DNA of 64,000 nt, from positions 4,448,001 through 4,512,000 of the forward strand of contig OY970303.1 of NCBI GenBank assembly GCA_963716255.1, written 5' to 3'. The translations under genes were made by a program, and so were the position numbers. Numbering within the stretch: the stretch's first letter is position 1; every line of letters starts with the position of its first letter. Below the pieces are notes generated by a model. That model was not told the origin of the DNA, did no database searches, and saw only the letters and a program-made list of their open reading frames with translations. Shown in pieces: positions 1 to 10,293 of the stretch. This DNA is from an uncultured Gemmatimonadales bacterium (GTDB lineage: Bacteria; Gemmatimonadota; Gemmatimonadetes; Longimicrobiales; Longimicrobiaceae).

Positions 1-81
1 CTGGTTGCTTTCCGGGACGTTCCCGGCGCCTTCCTTCGGGTGTGCCGGCGGCGCTGCCGCCGCGGCACGGGCCCTTCCTAA

Positions 82-98
82 AGCAACGGGTGTGCCGG
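82..98 (-). promoter_or_regulatory. sigma-54 (-24/-12) promoter for a gene beyond the left edge
   Basis: Minus strand reads CGGCAC-ACCCG-TTGCT, matching TGGCAC-N5-TTGC. Confidence 0.65.
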
Positions 99-191
99 CC
101 CGTGCACGCCCGCCGCCAGCGTGGCGGAAGTCCGCTCCCCGCCTTATCTTTTGCGGGGTCGCGACCCCCGATGCGGGCGTCCACGAAGCAC

Positions 192-244
192 CGTTCGGAA
201 CGTTCGCGGGTGTTCAGTGAACGGCCCTGCCTGTTCAGTGAACA
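192..244. promoter_or_regulatory. putative enhancer-binding-protein UAS palindromes
   Basis: TGTTCAGTGAAC at 211 and 232 (21-bp spacing) plus CGTTCGGAACG at 192, 100-150 bp upstream of the sigma-54 site. Confidence 0.5.
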
Positions 245-283
245 CTCCAGGTACTCTCGGAACCCGCTTCGCCAGGAACGCGC

Positions 284-2071
284 GTGGCCAGATTCAGCAG
301 CCTGTCCCGGGGGCTGTCGCTCCGCACCAAGGTCTTCTTCCTCTTCGCGGGGGCGGCGCTCCTCATCGTGGTGCCCACGCTGGGGCTCATCGCCGGCGCG
401 GTGGAGAAGCGCGTGTACGAGCGCGCGACCGAGGAGCTGGCGGACGCGGCGAGGGTGTTCGCCAGCAACTGGCGCTTCCGCGACGAGGTGCTCCTGAACG
501 AGGCTGCGCTCCGGGCCGGGTCGCCGGGGCTGGTGGCGGCGCTGGAGGCGCAGGATACGGCGTGGGTGCGGTCCATCCTGCGGCGGCGCCTGGGCCGCGA
601 CCGCGTCATCCTGGCCGCCGACTCGGCGGCGCACCCGCTCTTCGGCCCCTCCATCGATTCCACCCTGCTGCGCAGCGGGCAGGGGATCGGCTCCATCGTC
701 ACGCTGGGGGACTCGGCGCGCACCCCCATCCGGGTGGCGGTGTGGCCGGTGTGGGGCGACAGCGGGCAGGTGGGGATCGTGGGGGTGGGGACGCGGCTGG
801 ACACCACCGCGGTGCGGGAGCTGAAGAAGGACGTGACAGGGGGGACGGACGTAGCCCTCATCGTCGGCGACTCCATCATCGGGAGCACGCTGCCGGACAG
901 CGTGAACCGCGGGCTGCGCGCCTCGGACCTGCACGACCTGGGGCGGGCCGGCGCCACCGGCCGCGCGAGCCTGGGCGGGGCCCCGTACCAGTACCTGGTC
1001 GCCGCGCTCCCCACCCGGGGCGTTCCCGCGGCGGCGGTCCTGCTGCGCCCGGTCGCAAACGAGCTGCGGGTGGTCACCGGCATCGTCAGCTCGCTGGTGG
1101 GGGTGGGGATCGCGGCGCTGGTGCTCGCGCTGATCCTGGCGCTGGTGGTGGCGCGCATCGTGGCGCGCCCGGCGCAGGTCCTGGCGGAGGCGTCGGCGCG
1201 GCTGGCGCGCGGCGACTTCCGGGCGCCGCTCCCCCCCGACTCGGGGGACGAGGTGGGGCAGCTGGCGCGGGCGTTCGCCGAGATGCGCTCGGCCATCGCG
1301 GAGCGCGAGGCGCGCCTGCGCTCCGCCCAGGCGGAGATGATCCACCGGGAGAAGCTGGCCGCCATGGGCCGGCTGGTGGCGCAGCTCTCGCACGAGATCA
1401 ACAACCCCATCTACAACATCCAGAACTGCCTGGAGGCGCTGGAGCGGCGCGGCGACCCGCGCGACCCCAACCGCGAATTCCTGCTCCTGGCGCAGGAGGA
1501 GCTGGCCCGCATGGCCGAGCTCACCCGCCGCATGCTGGACCACAGCCGCCCCCTCTCGGACGCGGCGGCACCGCTGAACCTGAACTCCACGGTGCAGCGG
1601 GTGCTGGCGCTGGCCGGGCCCGAGCTGGCGGGGCGGGGGGTGCGGGTGGACACCTGGCTGGAGCGCGGGCTCCCGCCGGTGGTGGCGCACCCGGACGCGA
1701 TCCAGCAGGTGCTCGCCAACCTGGTGAACAACGCCATGGACGCGATGCCGGAGGGAGGCACGCTGCGCATCTCCACGCGCACCGCCGCGGACGCGGTGGA
1801 GGTGGCGGTGGAGGACACCGGCTCCGGGATCGCCGAGGACCAGCTCCCGCACATCTTCGAGGCCTTCTACACCACCAAGCCGGGGGTGCGCGGCCTGGGG
1901 CTGGGCCTGTTCGTCTCGGAGGGGATCATCCGCGGCCACCGCGGCCGCATCTCGGTGGAGAGCCGCCCCGGCGCCGGCAGCCGCTTCACCATCCTCCTCC
2001 CCCGGGAAACGCTGGACGAGACGCTCGCCAGCGGGGAGCGCGAGGAAGCCGAAGCGTCGGCGGTGGCGTGA
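284..2071 (+). CDS. HAMP-domain sensor histidine kinase
   Basis: 2 TM segments, HAMP (DEVGQLARAF), H-box SHEINNP, N-box NLVNNA, G-boxes DTGSG/GLGLGL. Confidence 0.95.
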   Translation: MARFSSLSRGLSLRTKVFFLFAGAALLIVVPTLGLIAGAVEKRVYERATEELADAARVFASNWRFRDEVLLNEAALRAGSPGLVAALEAQDTAWVRSILRRRLGRDRVILAADSAAHPLFGPSIDSTLLRSGQGIGSIVTLGDSARTPIRVAVWPVWGDSGQVGIVGVGTRLDTTAVRELKKDVTGGTDVALIVGDSIIGSTLPDSVNRGLRASDLHDLGRAGATGRASLGGAPYQYLVAALPTRGVPAAAVLLRPVANELRVVTGIVSSLVGVGIAALVLALILALVVARIVARPAQVLAEASARLARGDFRAPLPPDSGDEVGQLARAFAEMRSAIAEREARLRSAQAEMIHREKLAAMGRLVAQLSHEINNPIYNIQNCLEALERRGDPRDPNREFLLLAQEELARMAELTRRMLDHSRPLSDAAAPLNLNSTVQRVLALAGPELAGRGVRVDTWLERGLPPVVAHPDAIQQVLANLVNNAMDAMPEGGTLRISTRTAADAVEVAVEDTGSGIAEDQLPHIFEAFYTTKPGVRGLGLGLFVSEGIIRGHRGRISVESRPGAGSRFTILLPRETLDETLASGEREEAEASAVA

Positions 2072-2086
2072 GGCCGGAACGGCGGA

Positions 2087-2285
2087 CCCCCTCCCCCGGC
2101 CCCTCCCCGCAAGGGGGAGGGGAGAACGGCGCGGCGGGAGGCAGGTTCGGACCGAAGGCCTACCCCTCACCCCCCGGCCCCCTCTCCCACAAGGGGAGAG
2201 GGGGGGCACGACAAAGCCAAGGCGCGGGAAACCCTCCCCCAGAATTGGGGGAGGGTGGCGAGCCTGAGCGAGCCGGGTGGGGGCC
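2087..2285. repeat. cluster of BoxC/REP-like pyrimidine-purine palindromes (family C)
   Basis: CCCTC(A/C)CCC..CCCTC(T/C)CC..GGG(G)AG(A)GGG hairpins x3; related units at 25218-25307 and 42104-42347. Confidence 0.65.
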
Positions 2286-2310
2286 CTTTGCGGACGCCAG
2301 CACCGGCCCC

Positions 2311-2439
2311 GCGTGAGGGATTTCGGCCCGAAGGGGCGAGACCCGCGGGCAGTTTCGCGGGGCTCGACTCCGTTGAGCAGCGTTGTTTGCTGCTCTACGG
2401 AGCCGAAGCCCGACCCCGGCGCCAGCCGGGGGCACGCCC
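2311..2439 (+). repeat. structured dispersed repeat family A, copy 1
   Basis: GCGTGAGGGAT...AGCCCGACCCCGGCGCCAGCCGGGGGCACGCCC; 9 copies in window. Confidence 0.9.
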
Positions 2440-2484
2440 AAATCCAGTAGTTCGCAGGTCAACCCTGATCTGAGCACAAATCGC

Positions 2485-3855
<1,371 letters not shown>

Positions 3856-3893
3856 AGCCGAGGGGTTTTCGTGGCTCGTCGTCTGGTTTTGGC

Positions 3894-4043
3894 GGGCCGC
3901 TCCGGAGCCGGACGATACTGCCGTCCGTCTCCTGCGCGGGCGCAGGGAGCCACCGGAAACGGCCCCGGTGTCTCCCTGCGCCGGAGTGAGCCAGCCGAAA
4001 CCGCCCGGCTGTCTCCCTCCGAACGGATTCGGGGGGGTACTGC
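3894..4043 (+). repeat. triple-hairpin dispersed repeat family B, copy 1
   Basis: GGGCCGCT + 3x (GAGC-stem-AWACNGCC-stem-TCTCC) + GGGTACNGC; 6 copies. Confidence 0.85.
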
Positions 4044-4087
4044 GGGAACGGCGACCCCTCTTCCCCAGACGTTGCGGCACGCCGCCG

Positions 4088-4735
4088 CTACAGGGGCGCC
4101 CCCTGTCGCGCCCAATCGAAGATCTGTTCGGCGCCCAGCACCCGTTTCAGCACGCGCTCAGACCCGACTTGCACCGTCCTGCCCACCTCCACGTGTCGCT
4201 CCACCACCACCAGTTGCGGCACGGTGGGGTCGCCAGGCAGGTCCCGCCAAACGTAGCGGATCGCCGAATCGTTAACCCAGTTGCTTCCCACCGACACCTC
4301 GTCAAAGTTGCCGAACCCGTCGAGAAACGCGAGCGCCTCGGTTGGCTTCCAATCGAGCGAAACCGCCACTGCGCGGAACTGCCGCCCCCGCGCGACGGCC
4401 TGATCGCGCACCCGAAGCTTGGCGTTTTCGACTGCTTGGTGAAAACCTGGGCGTCGGTTCGCGCGGCAGAAGCTACCTCCCACGAATACGAGGAGGATCT
4501 CGTTTCCGGTACGTAACCGGTAATTCGGCGTGTAGCTGCGGACCAGCGGAGCGGCGGGTGTGCTGTCGACCGCCGGCCGCGCGGCCGGCACCGCGGCGGC
4601 CAGCTGTGTGCGGGGGCGGGAAACGCCCAGCGAGAAGACCAGCAGGCTCAGTCCCAGCGCGGTCCAGGTCACCAGCCCTGCTCGTGCGAGGACCACCTGA
4701 ATCCTGTCGGGCTTGGCAGACGCATCACCGTTCAT
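4088..4735 (-). CDS. membrane-anchored thioredoxin-fold-like protein
   Basis: N-terminal TM; LLVFVGGSFCRAN (strand then single Cys); VPQLVVV cis-Pro-like motif; overlaps upstream ORF. Confidence 0.55.
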   Translation of the reverse strand: MNGDASAKPDRIQVVLARAGLVTWTALGLSLLVFSLGVSRPRTQLAAAVPAARPAVDSTPAAPLVRSYTPNYRLRTGNEILLVFVGGSFCRANRRPGFHQAVENAKLRVRDQAVARGRQFRAVAVSLDWKPTEALAFLDGFGNFDEVSVGSNWVNDSAIRYVWRDLPGDPTVPQLVVVERHVEVGRTVQVGSERVLKRVLGAEQIFDWARQGAPL

Positions 4736-5786
4736 GGGAACCTTTCCGGCGAGGTGTGAGGTTGAGGACCCGGACAGCCGGGTAGGGGTCGGTGACCGCA
4801 GCCAATGCGGTGGTTCCGTATGTGGCTAGAATCCGGGGAAGTGGCGCCGCGATCTCGCGGATCTGGTAGTCCCTGGCCGAGATCTCGTATGAACGCAACG
4901 ACTCGAACTCATGCCGCGTGGTTGCGCCGCGCCGCAACCGCCCCACTTGGATCAGCCGCCCACCGTCGGGGAGTGGCACGATGGCGCTGGCAAAGTCGTG
5001 CTCGCCTCGTCTGGCGTAGAACTGCACGCTGCGGTTGGAGAGGCGGCGAACGCGTACAGGCAGATAGCCGGGAATGTCCGCTACACCCAGCAGAGCGCCG
5101 GTCGAGGCGGAAAAGCGCTGCACATCGGGGCGCAGCATGGGAAGAAAGGTCAGCTCGTCGCCGGGCCCGCACAGCAGATAACCGCTGGCGCGGTAGCTCG
5201 TAAGCAGGAGGTCGGCAGCGGCCGTGTCGCGCGCGAAGGATCGGAGAACCCGGCCGCGGGACCGATCGAGTTCGTGGATGAGCCATCCCTGTCGCTCACC
5301 CAGGACGAACAGCCGATCCTCCAGCACGCACATGTCCTCGGCGGGGAAATCGGGCGCGAAGCTGCCAAGGCGGACCAGTGCCGCTTCTGCCGAGAGCACG
5401 TCGATGCGCTGGTTGGCACGGTCCAGCACGTACAGCCGCGCTCCGTCGCTCGCCAGCGCCACCGGATCGGCGAACTCGCCGGGCCCACGTCCTTCGCGCC
5501 CGAACACTTTCGGCACAGTGCCCGTGGTGCTGAGCGTCACGATGCGCTTATTCACTACGTCCAGAGCGAAGATCCGGTCTTTGCCGTCGGAGAGCAGGTC
5601 GCCGATCACCCCAAAGGCAACGGGTCCCTTTTCGTCTGACGTGCCGATTCGTGCGGTTTCGCGCCATCGGAGCTCCTCGGCCGGCTCCAAGGCAGCCTGC
5701 CGAGGGCGTAATGTTGCGCCTGCGGCTACGACCAGCACTCCGCACGACACGAGTGCCGCGGTGCGCCGGATCTGGGGAGGATTCAT
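4725..5786 (-). CDS. exported 6-bladed beta-propeller (NHL-like) protein
   Basis: Signal peptide; FGREGRGPGEFADP and LYVLDRANQRI NHL-type blades. Confidence 0.8.
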   Translation of the reverse strand: MNPPQIRRTAALVSCGVLVVAAGATLRPRQAALEPAEELRWRETARIGTSDEKGPVAFGVIGDLLSDGKDRIFALDVVNKRIVTLSTTGTVPKVFGREGRGPGEFADPVALASDGARLYVLDRANQRIDVLSAEAALVRLGSFAPDFPAEDMCVLEDRLFVLGERQGWLIHELDRSRGRVLRSFARDTAAADLLLTSYRASGYLLCGPGDELTFLPMLRPDVQRFSASTGALLGVADIPGYLPVRVRRLSNRSVQFYARRGEHDFASAIVPLPDGGRLIQVGRLRRGATTRHEFESLRSYEISARDYQIREIAAPLPRILATYGTTALAAVTDPYPAVRVLNLTPRRKGSHER

Positions 5787-5818
5787 GGCTTACGCCGCAG
5801 GTTGGAGCCCCGCTGCAG

Positions 5819-6037
5819 TCAGCACTGCGTGTTCGTGCAACTCGACGAGCTGGCGAAGCTGCAGGAAGTTCCGACCCAGTACCGGCAACCAGCGGTCCCC
5901 TGGCATTCGGTGTTGGAGCAACTGCCCACCCCCGACACGGGGGGCACCTCCTCATTGGCGCTGGCAAGCCCTGCGGAACCCCACAGTCCCGCAACCGTGA
6001 GCGCGACCGGGAGCACGAGTCTACGGAGTCGTCTCAT
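5819..6037 (-). CDS. small secreted Cys-rich peptide (72 aa, 6 Cys)
   Basis: RBS AGGAGGGGG; Sec signal ending ASA; C-x4-C-x5-C-x7-C-x7-C-x4-C at the C-terminus. Confidence 0.8.
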   Translation of the reverse strand: MRRLRRLVLPVALTVAGLWGSAGLASANEEVPPVSGVGSCSNTECQGTAGCRYWVGTSCSFASSSSCTNTQC

Positions 6038-6371
6038 AAGTCCCCCTCCTGGTAATTGGTGGATACCACGGCTCTTGTCCCCCGCCCTGGGAGAGACATT
6101 CCATATTGCAAACCGATCCTGGGCTGCGCAATATTTTCGTCTTCTAACCATAGGAGGTGACGCCGAGCCGACGGCTCGCCTCGCCGATGGTCCAGCGGGT
6201 GCTGTCGCGCACGTCGGCGTCGCCGCCGGGTAGTTGGGTAAGGATGTGGCGCTGAATGACGGGGAGATCCGGCAGGGGCCGGTTTTTGGTTGGCGCTCCA
6301 AGAAAGGCCGGTGCGGCGGCGTTTCGGAGTCTGCGGCACCGGCACCGGCACGGGCTTTCCAGACTCTCCTC

Positions 6372-6449
6372 CTTTCCGTTGGCGAGCGTTGTTGCTCGCC
6401 TACGGAGCCGAAGCCCACGGAACGCCCGGCGCCAGCCGGGGGCACGCCC
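6372..6449 (+). repeat. family A, 3' half (partial copy)
   Basis: CCGTT..hairpin..ACGGAGCCGAAGCCC...CCCGGCGCCAGCCGGGGGCACGCCC. Confidence 0.8.
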
Positions 6450-6693
6450 AACTCCGCCGTCGACAGTCGTCAGAATCGCCACACCGGAAGCATTCACCGC
6501 CGGAAGCTGTCCCAGCCCGATGCGCCGGTCGTCCACTCGCGAGGACGCCCACGAACCGCGCGAACCGGCCGAAAACAGACAACTCGTTGCTCCGCAAACG
6601 CATCGAAAAACCACGCGCCGCGGTACGCCCGATGCCGTTGGGCCACCGGCGCAGGACCGACCCCGGCCGCACCCCATCCCGTCTGGAGAGACC

Positions 6694-7323
6694 ATGAGCA
6701 TCCCCGCACGCATCCGATCCCGCTCCATGGCCGCGCTCGCCGGCCTCGTCCTCGTTTCCGGCGGCTGCGCCCGGCAGGTGACGCGCATCGCCCCCGAGCA
6801 GGCGGTGGACCTGTCCGGCCGCTGGAACGACGTGGACAGCCGCCTGGTCGCCGAGGAGATCATCCGCCAGAGCTTCGACGCCTCCGCCGGGCAGAGCTGG
6901 GCAATGGGCCACGCCCAGGCGCACGGCGGCCGCAAGCCCACAGTGATCGTGGGCACCATCCGCAACCGCAGCATGGAGCACGTCCCGGTCTCCACCTTCG
7001 TCAAGGACCTGGAGCGCGCCTACCTGCGCAGCGGACAGGTGCAGGTGGTGGCTTCGCCGGAGGAGCGCGAGGAGGTGCGCGACGAGCGCTTCGACCAGCA
7101 GGAGTTCGCCGCGGCGGACAGCCGCGCGCGCCTGGGCCGGGAGCGCGGCGCGGACTACATGCTCCAGGGCGACATCGAATCGGTGGAGGACCGGGAGGGG
7201 CGGCGGCGCGTGGTCTTCTACCAGGTGGACATGACGCTGGTGGACCTGGAGACCAACCAGAAGACCTGGGTGGGGCAGCACAAGCTCAAGAAGTACGTGT
7301 CGCGCCCGCTGGTCCGGTTCTAG
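6694..7323 (+). CDS. lpoB: penicillin-binding protein activator LpoB-like lipoprotein
   Basis: Lipobox SGGC; DLSGRWNDVD, IRNRSMEH, GADYMLQG, YQVDMTLVDLET. Confidence 0.8.
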   Translation: MSIPARIRSRSMAALAGLVLVSGGCARQVTRIAPEQAVDLSGRWNDVDSRLVAEEIIRQSFDASAGQSWAMGHAQAHGGRKPTVIVGTIRNRSMEHVPVSTFVKDLERAYLRSGQVQVVASPEEREEVRDERFDQQEFAAADSRARLGRERGADYMLQGDIESVEDREGRRRVVFYQVDMTLVDLETNQKTWVGQHKLKKYVSRPLVRF

Positions 7324-7357
7324 GCTCCTTCCCACGACCCTCCGCACGGGACCGAAG

Positions 7358-8173
7358 ATGAAGAAAATCGCTTTCCTGGCCGCCGCGGCGCTGGCCGCGT
7401 CCGCCGGAGCCTGCGCCCCCCACCTCCGCCCGCTGCAGCCGGTGATGGAGAACGGGGCCGTGCTCGCCCCGCAGTCCGAGACCGACGAGGTGGTGGACCG
7501 CGCGCGCGCCGAGGGCGAGGCGCAGCGCGGGCGGCTGGCGGAGTCGCGCGGGCGCAACGAGGCCGCCGCGCTCGCCGGCTGCTCGGGGCGCGCCTGCGAC
7601 GCCATCGCCCGTGGCGAGGTGGCGCTGGGGATGACGGAGGCCCAGGTGCTCGCCGCCACGCGCACCACGCCGGAGGCGTGGGACTCGCGCGGGAGCGGCC
7701 GCGGCGCGGTGATGACCGGGCGCGGCGACGGGGCCGGTCCCCACGACGCGGTGGGCGAGATCGCCTACCTGACGCTGCAGAACGGCGCGGTGCGGGGGAT
7801 CACCTACCGCGAGCCGCAGGGCTTCCGCACCGTCTCCACTCCCGCGGACGCCACGCTCGGCGGCGTGGCGGCGGCGCGCGCGGAGGCGCTGCTGCGCGAG
7901 GGCGACGACTTTGCGGCGCGCGGCGACCTGGCGGGCGCGCTGGACCGCTACGACCGCGCCGACGTGCTGCGCGCGGACGACCCGGAGACCACCCTGCGCA
8001 TCGCGCGGGCGCTGGACAAGTCGCTCCGCCCGTACGAGGCGGAATTGCGCTACCGCACGTTCCTGCACCAGATGGAGCTGGAGCGCATCCGGGTGACGGG
8101 CGAGGCGTACGCCCGGTGGGCCGCGGCCATCGCGGAGGCGCGGGACCGGCTGGTCGTCCTGGACCGCAGATGA
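7358..8173 (+). CDS. lipoprotein with C-terminal TPR-like helices
   Basis: Lipobox AGAC; operonic with lpoB-like gene. Confidence 0.75.
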   Translation: MKKIAFLAAAALAASAGACAPHLRPLQPVMENGAVLAPQSETDEVVDRARAEGEAQRGRLAESRGRNEAAALAGCSGRACDAIARGEVALGMTEAQVLAATRTTPEAWDSRGSGRGAVMTGRGDGAGPHDAVGEIAYLTLQNGAVRGITYREPQGFRTVSTPADATLGGVAAARAEALLREGDDFAARGDLAGALDRYDRADVLRADDPETTLRIARALDKSLRPYEAELRYRTFLHQMELERIRVTGEAYARWAAAIAEARDRLVVLDRR

Positions 8174-9972
8174 GAGCCCCGCTCCCGCTCCCGCTCCCGC
8201 TCCCGCTCCTGCGGGCGGCGGCCGGGGCCGCGCTCGCCGCGGCGCTGGCCGGGTGCGCCGCGCGGAGCCCGTTCCCCGCGCGCCCGGCGCCGGAGTCGCT
8301 CCCGGAGGGCTCGCCGCTGCGCAGCGCCACCCTGGCGGAGGGAGACGCCTGGCTGCGCCACTACCTCATGGCGGGGAACCACGAGTCGGCGCTGCGGCTG
8401 CTGGACGCGGGGGCCCGCACCGCGCCCCGCGACGAGCTGGTGCGCCGGCTGCAATTGGGGCTGGTGCTTCACCAGGCGGGGCGCTTCGCGGAGAGCAACG
8501 ACGCGTTCGAGTGGGCGGAGCGGGAGGCGGAGGATCGCTTCACCCGCAGCGTGTCCCGGGCGGCGGGGTCGCTGCTGGTGAACGACGGAATGCTGGAGTA
8601 CGTCCCCTCGCGGGCGGAGCGGGGGATGATCCCCTACTACCGCATGCTCAACTACCTGGCGCTGGGCGACCGCGGCGAGGCGACGGTGGAGGCGCGCAAG
8701 GCGGGAGCGCTGCTGGACGGCCGCGAGCCGGGCGAGGGGTGCTCCGGGGCGGCGTTCCTCCCCTACTTCGCGGGGATGGTGCACCAGGCGGCGGGGGAGC
8801 GCAACGACGCGCTGGTGTCGCTGCGCCGCGCCCAGCGGGCCTTCGACGGGTGCGCGGACGAGGGGCTGGGCGCGCCGCCCACGCTGGGGCCCGACCTCCT
8901 CCGCGCCGCGATGGAGCTGGGCGTCCGCGAGGTGGCGGACTCGGCGCGGAAGCGCTACGGCATCGCCGCCGCGCCGGCGGGGCGACCGGCCGAGCTGGTG
9001 GTGCTGGTGGAGCACGGGTGGGTGGCGCATCGGGCGGGGGAGGACATCCACGTCCCCCTCTTCCCGGAGGACGTGGAGGGACTGGAGGGCGATCGGGACC
9101 GCGACGGGATCGCGGCGGCGGCGACGCGGGTGAGCGCGCGCCTCTTCCGGAACCTGGCCGAGCAGGCCGCGTACGGGTCGGAGTTCGACGGGCACCCCGC
9201 TGTCCGCTGGGCCGCGGCGCTGGGCGGCGCCCACCTGCTCAAGTTCGCGTGGCCGGTGTACCGCCTGGAGGCAAGCCGTCCCGCGGGGGTGCGGGTGCTG
9301 GTGGACGATTCCGCCGCCGTGCCGGCGTCGGTGGAGGACGTGTCTTCCGGGGTGGTGCGCGACTTCGAGGGGCGGCGGCCGCTGGTGCTCACCCGCGCGG
9401 TGGGGCGGGGGGTGATCAAGCTCCTGGCCGCGCGCGAGCTGGAGAAGAAGGCGGAGAAGGAGGGCGGCGAGGTGGCGGGATACGTGGCCGGGCGGCTGGC
9501 GAACCTGGCCGGCAACTCGCTGGAGCAGGCGGACACCCGCAGCTGGTCGCTCCTCCCGGACCGGATCTCCCTGGCGCGGCTGGCGCTGGCCCCCGGGGAG
9601 CACCGGGTGCGGATCGAGGTGCGGGGCGGGGCGGGGGAGGCGGCGGACACGCTGGACCTGGGCACCGTGACGGTCCGCCCGGGGGAAAGGACCTTCCTGA
9701 GCCGCCGCGTGTGGGGGGTGGAGGGGGGCGACCCGGAGCCGCTGCGGCGCTGGTACCGCCGGGGCTTCGGGAGGGAGTACGACCCGCGCTGGGCGGCGGA
9801 CCTGGCGGCGCCCGCGGCACGGCACGGGGAGCCGGCCGGCGCAATGCACGTGGCCGGCGCCGGGGGATCGGCCGGGGCCGGGCGCCCCGTCCCGCCGGTC
9901 TCCGGCGCGCCGGCCGCCGACCTCCCGGCGCGGGCGGCCGCGGCACCCGCCCGGACCCGCCCCGAGCCATAG
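8170..9972 (+). CDS. COG3014-like TPR lipoprotein (LpoB-associated)
   Basis: ATGA overlap; lipobox LAGC; YYRMLNYLALGD..EAR and ADTRSWSLLP motifs. Confidence 0.75.
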   Translation: MRAPLPLPLPLPLLRAAAGAALAAALAGCAARSPFPARPAPESLPEGSPLRSATLAEGDAWLRHYLMAGNHESALRLLDAGARTAPRDELVRRLQLGLVLHQAGRFAESNDAFEWAEREAEDRFTRSVSRAAGSLLVNDGMLEYVPSRAERGMIPYYRMLNYLALGDRGEATVEARKAGALLDGREPGEGCSGAAFLPYFAGMVHQAAGERNDALVSLRRAQRAFDGCADEGLGAPPTLGPDLLRAAMELGVREVADSARKRYGIAAAPAGRPAELVVLVEHGWVAHRAGEDIHVPLFPEDVEGLEGDRDRDGIAAAATRVSARLFRNLAEQAAYGSEFDGHPAVRWAAALGGAHLLKFAWPVYRLEASRPAGVRVLVDDSAAVPASVEDVSSGVVRDFEGRRPLVLTRAVGRGVIKLLAARELEKKAEKEGGEVAGYVAGRLANLAGNSLEQADTRSWSLLPDRISLARLALAPGEHRVRIEVRGGAGEAADTLDLGTVTVRPGERTFLSRRVWGVEGGDPEPLRRWYRRGFGREYDPRWAADLAAPAARHGEPAGAMHVAGAGGSAGAGRPVPPVSGAPAADLPARAAAAPARTRPEP

Positions 9973-10075
9973 ACGCGGCTCCCCGGGCGGACGGGCATCC
10001 CCGGAACGAGAGCGCCCCCCCGGCCGCGTGGCCGGGGGGGCGCTCCGTCGCGGGGGAGGCGTGGGCCCCCTCCGC

Positions 10076-10225
10076 TCACATCCCGCTGAATGGGGTGAAC
10101 AGCTTGACCATGATGATCGGGACGCCGGGAATGGCGAGGATCCCGATGATCCAGAGGATGATCTCCCAGGTCGCGTATTCGTCCTGCGGGGGGTCCGCGT
10201 CCTGACGGATGTCGATGTCAGCCAT
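10076..10225 (-). CDS. small single-TM protein (49 aa)
   Basis: MADIDIRQDADPPQDEYATWEIILWIIGILAIPGVPIIMVKLFTPFSGM; GAGAG RBS, high GC3. Confidence 0.65.
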   Translation of the reverse strand: MADIDIRQDADPPQDEYATWEIILWIIGILAIPGVPIIMVKLFTPFSGM

Positions 10226-10293
10226 GGTTCGCTCTCGGGTGTCGCTTCTGCACGGTGGATCGCCCGCCGGCCGCGGGACCGACGCAAATGATA

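Noticed and set aside
8178..8208. (CCCGCT)5 tandem repeat as a phase-variation switch
   Set aside because: The 6-bp unit keeps frame; it only alters the Pro-Leu length of the signal peptide.
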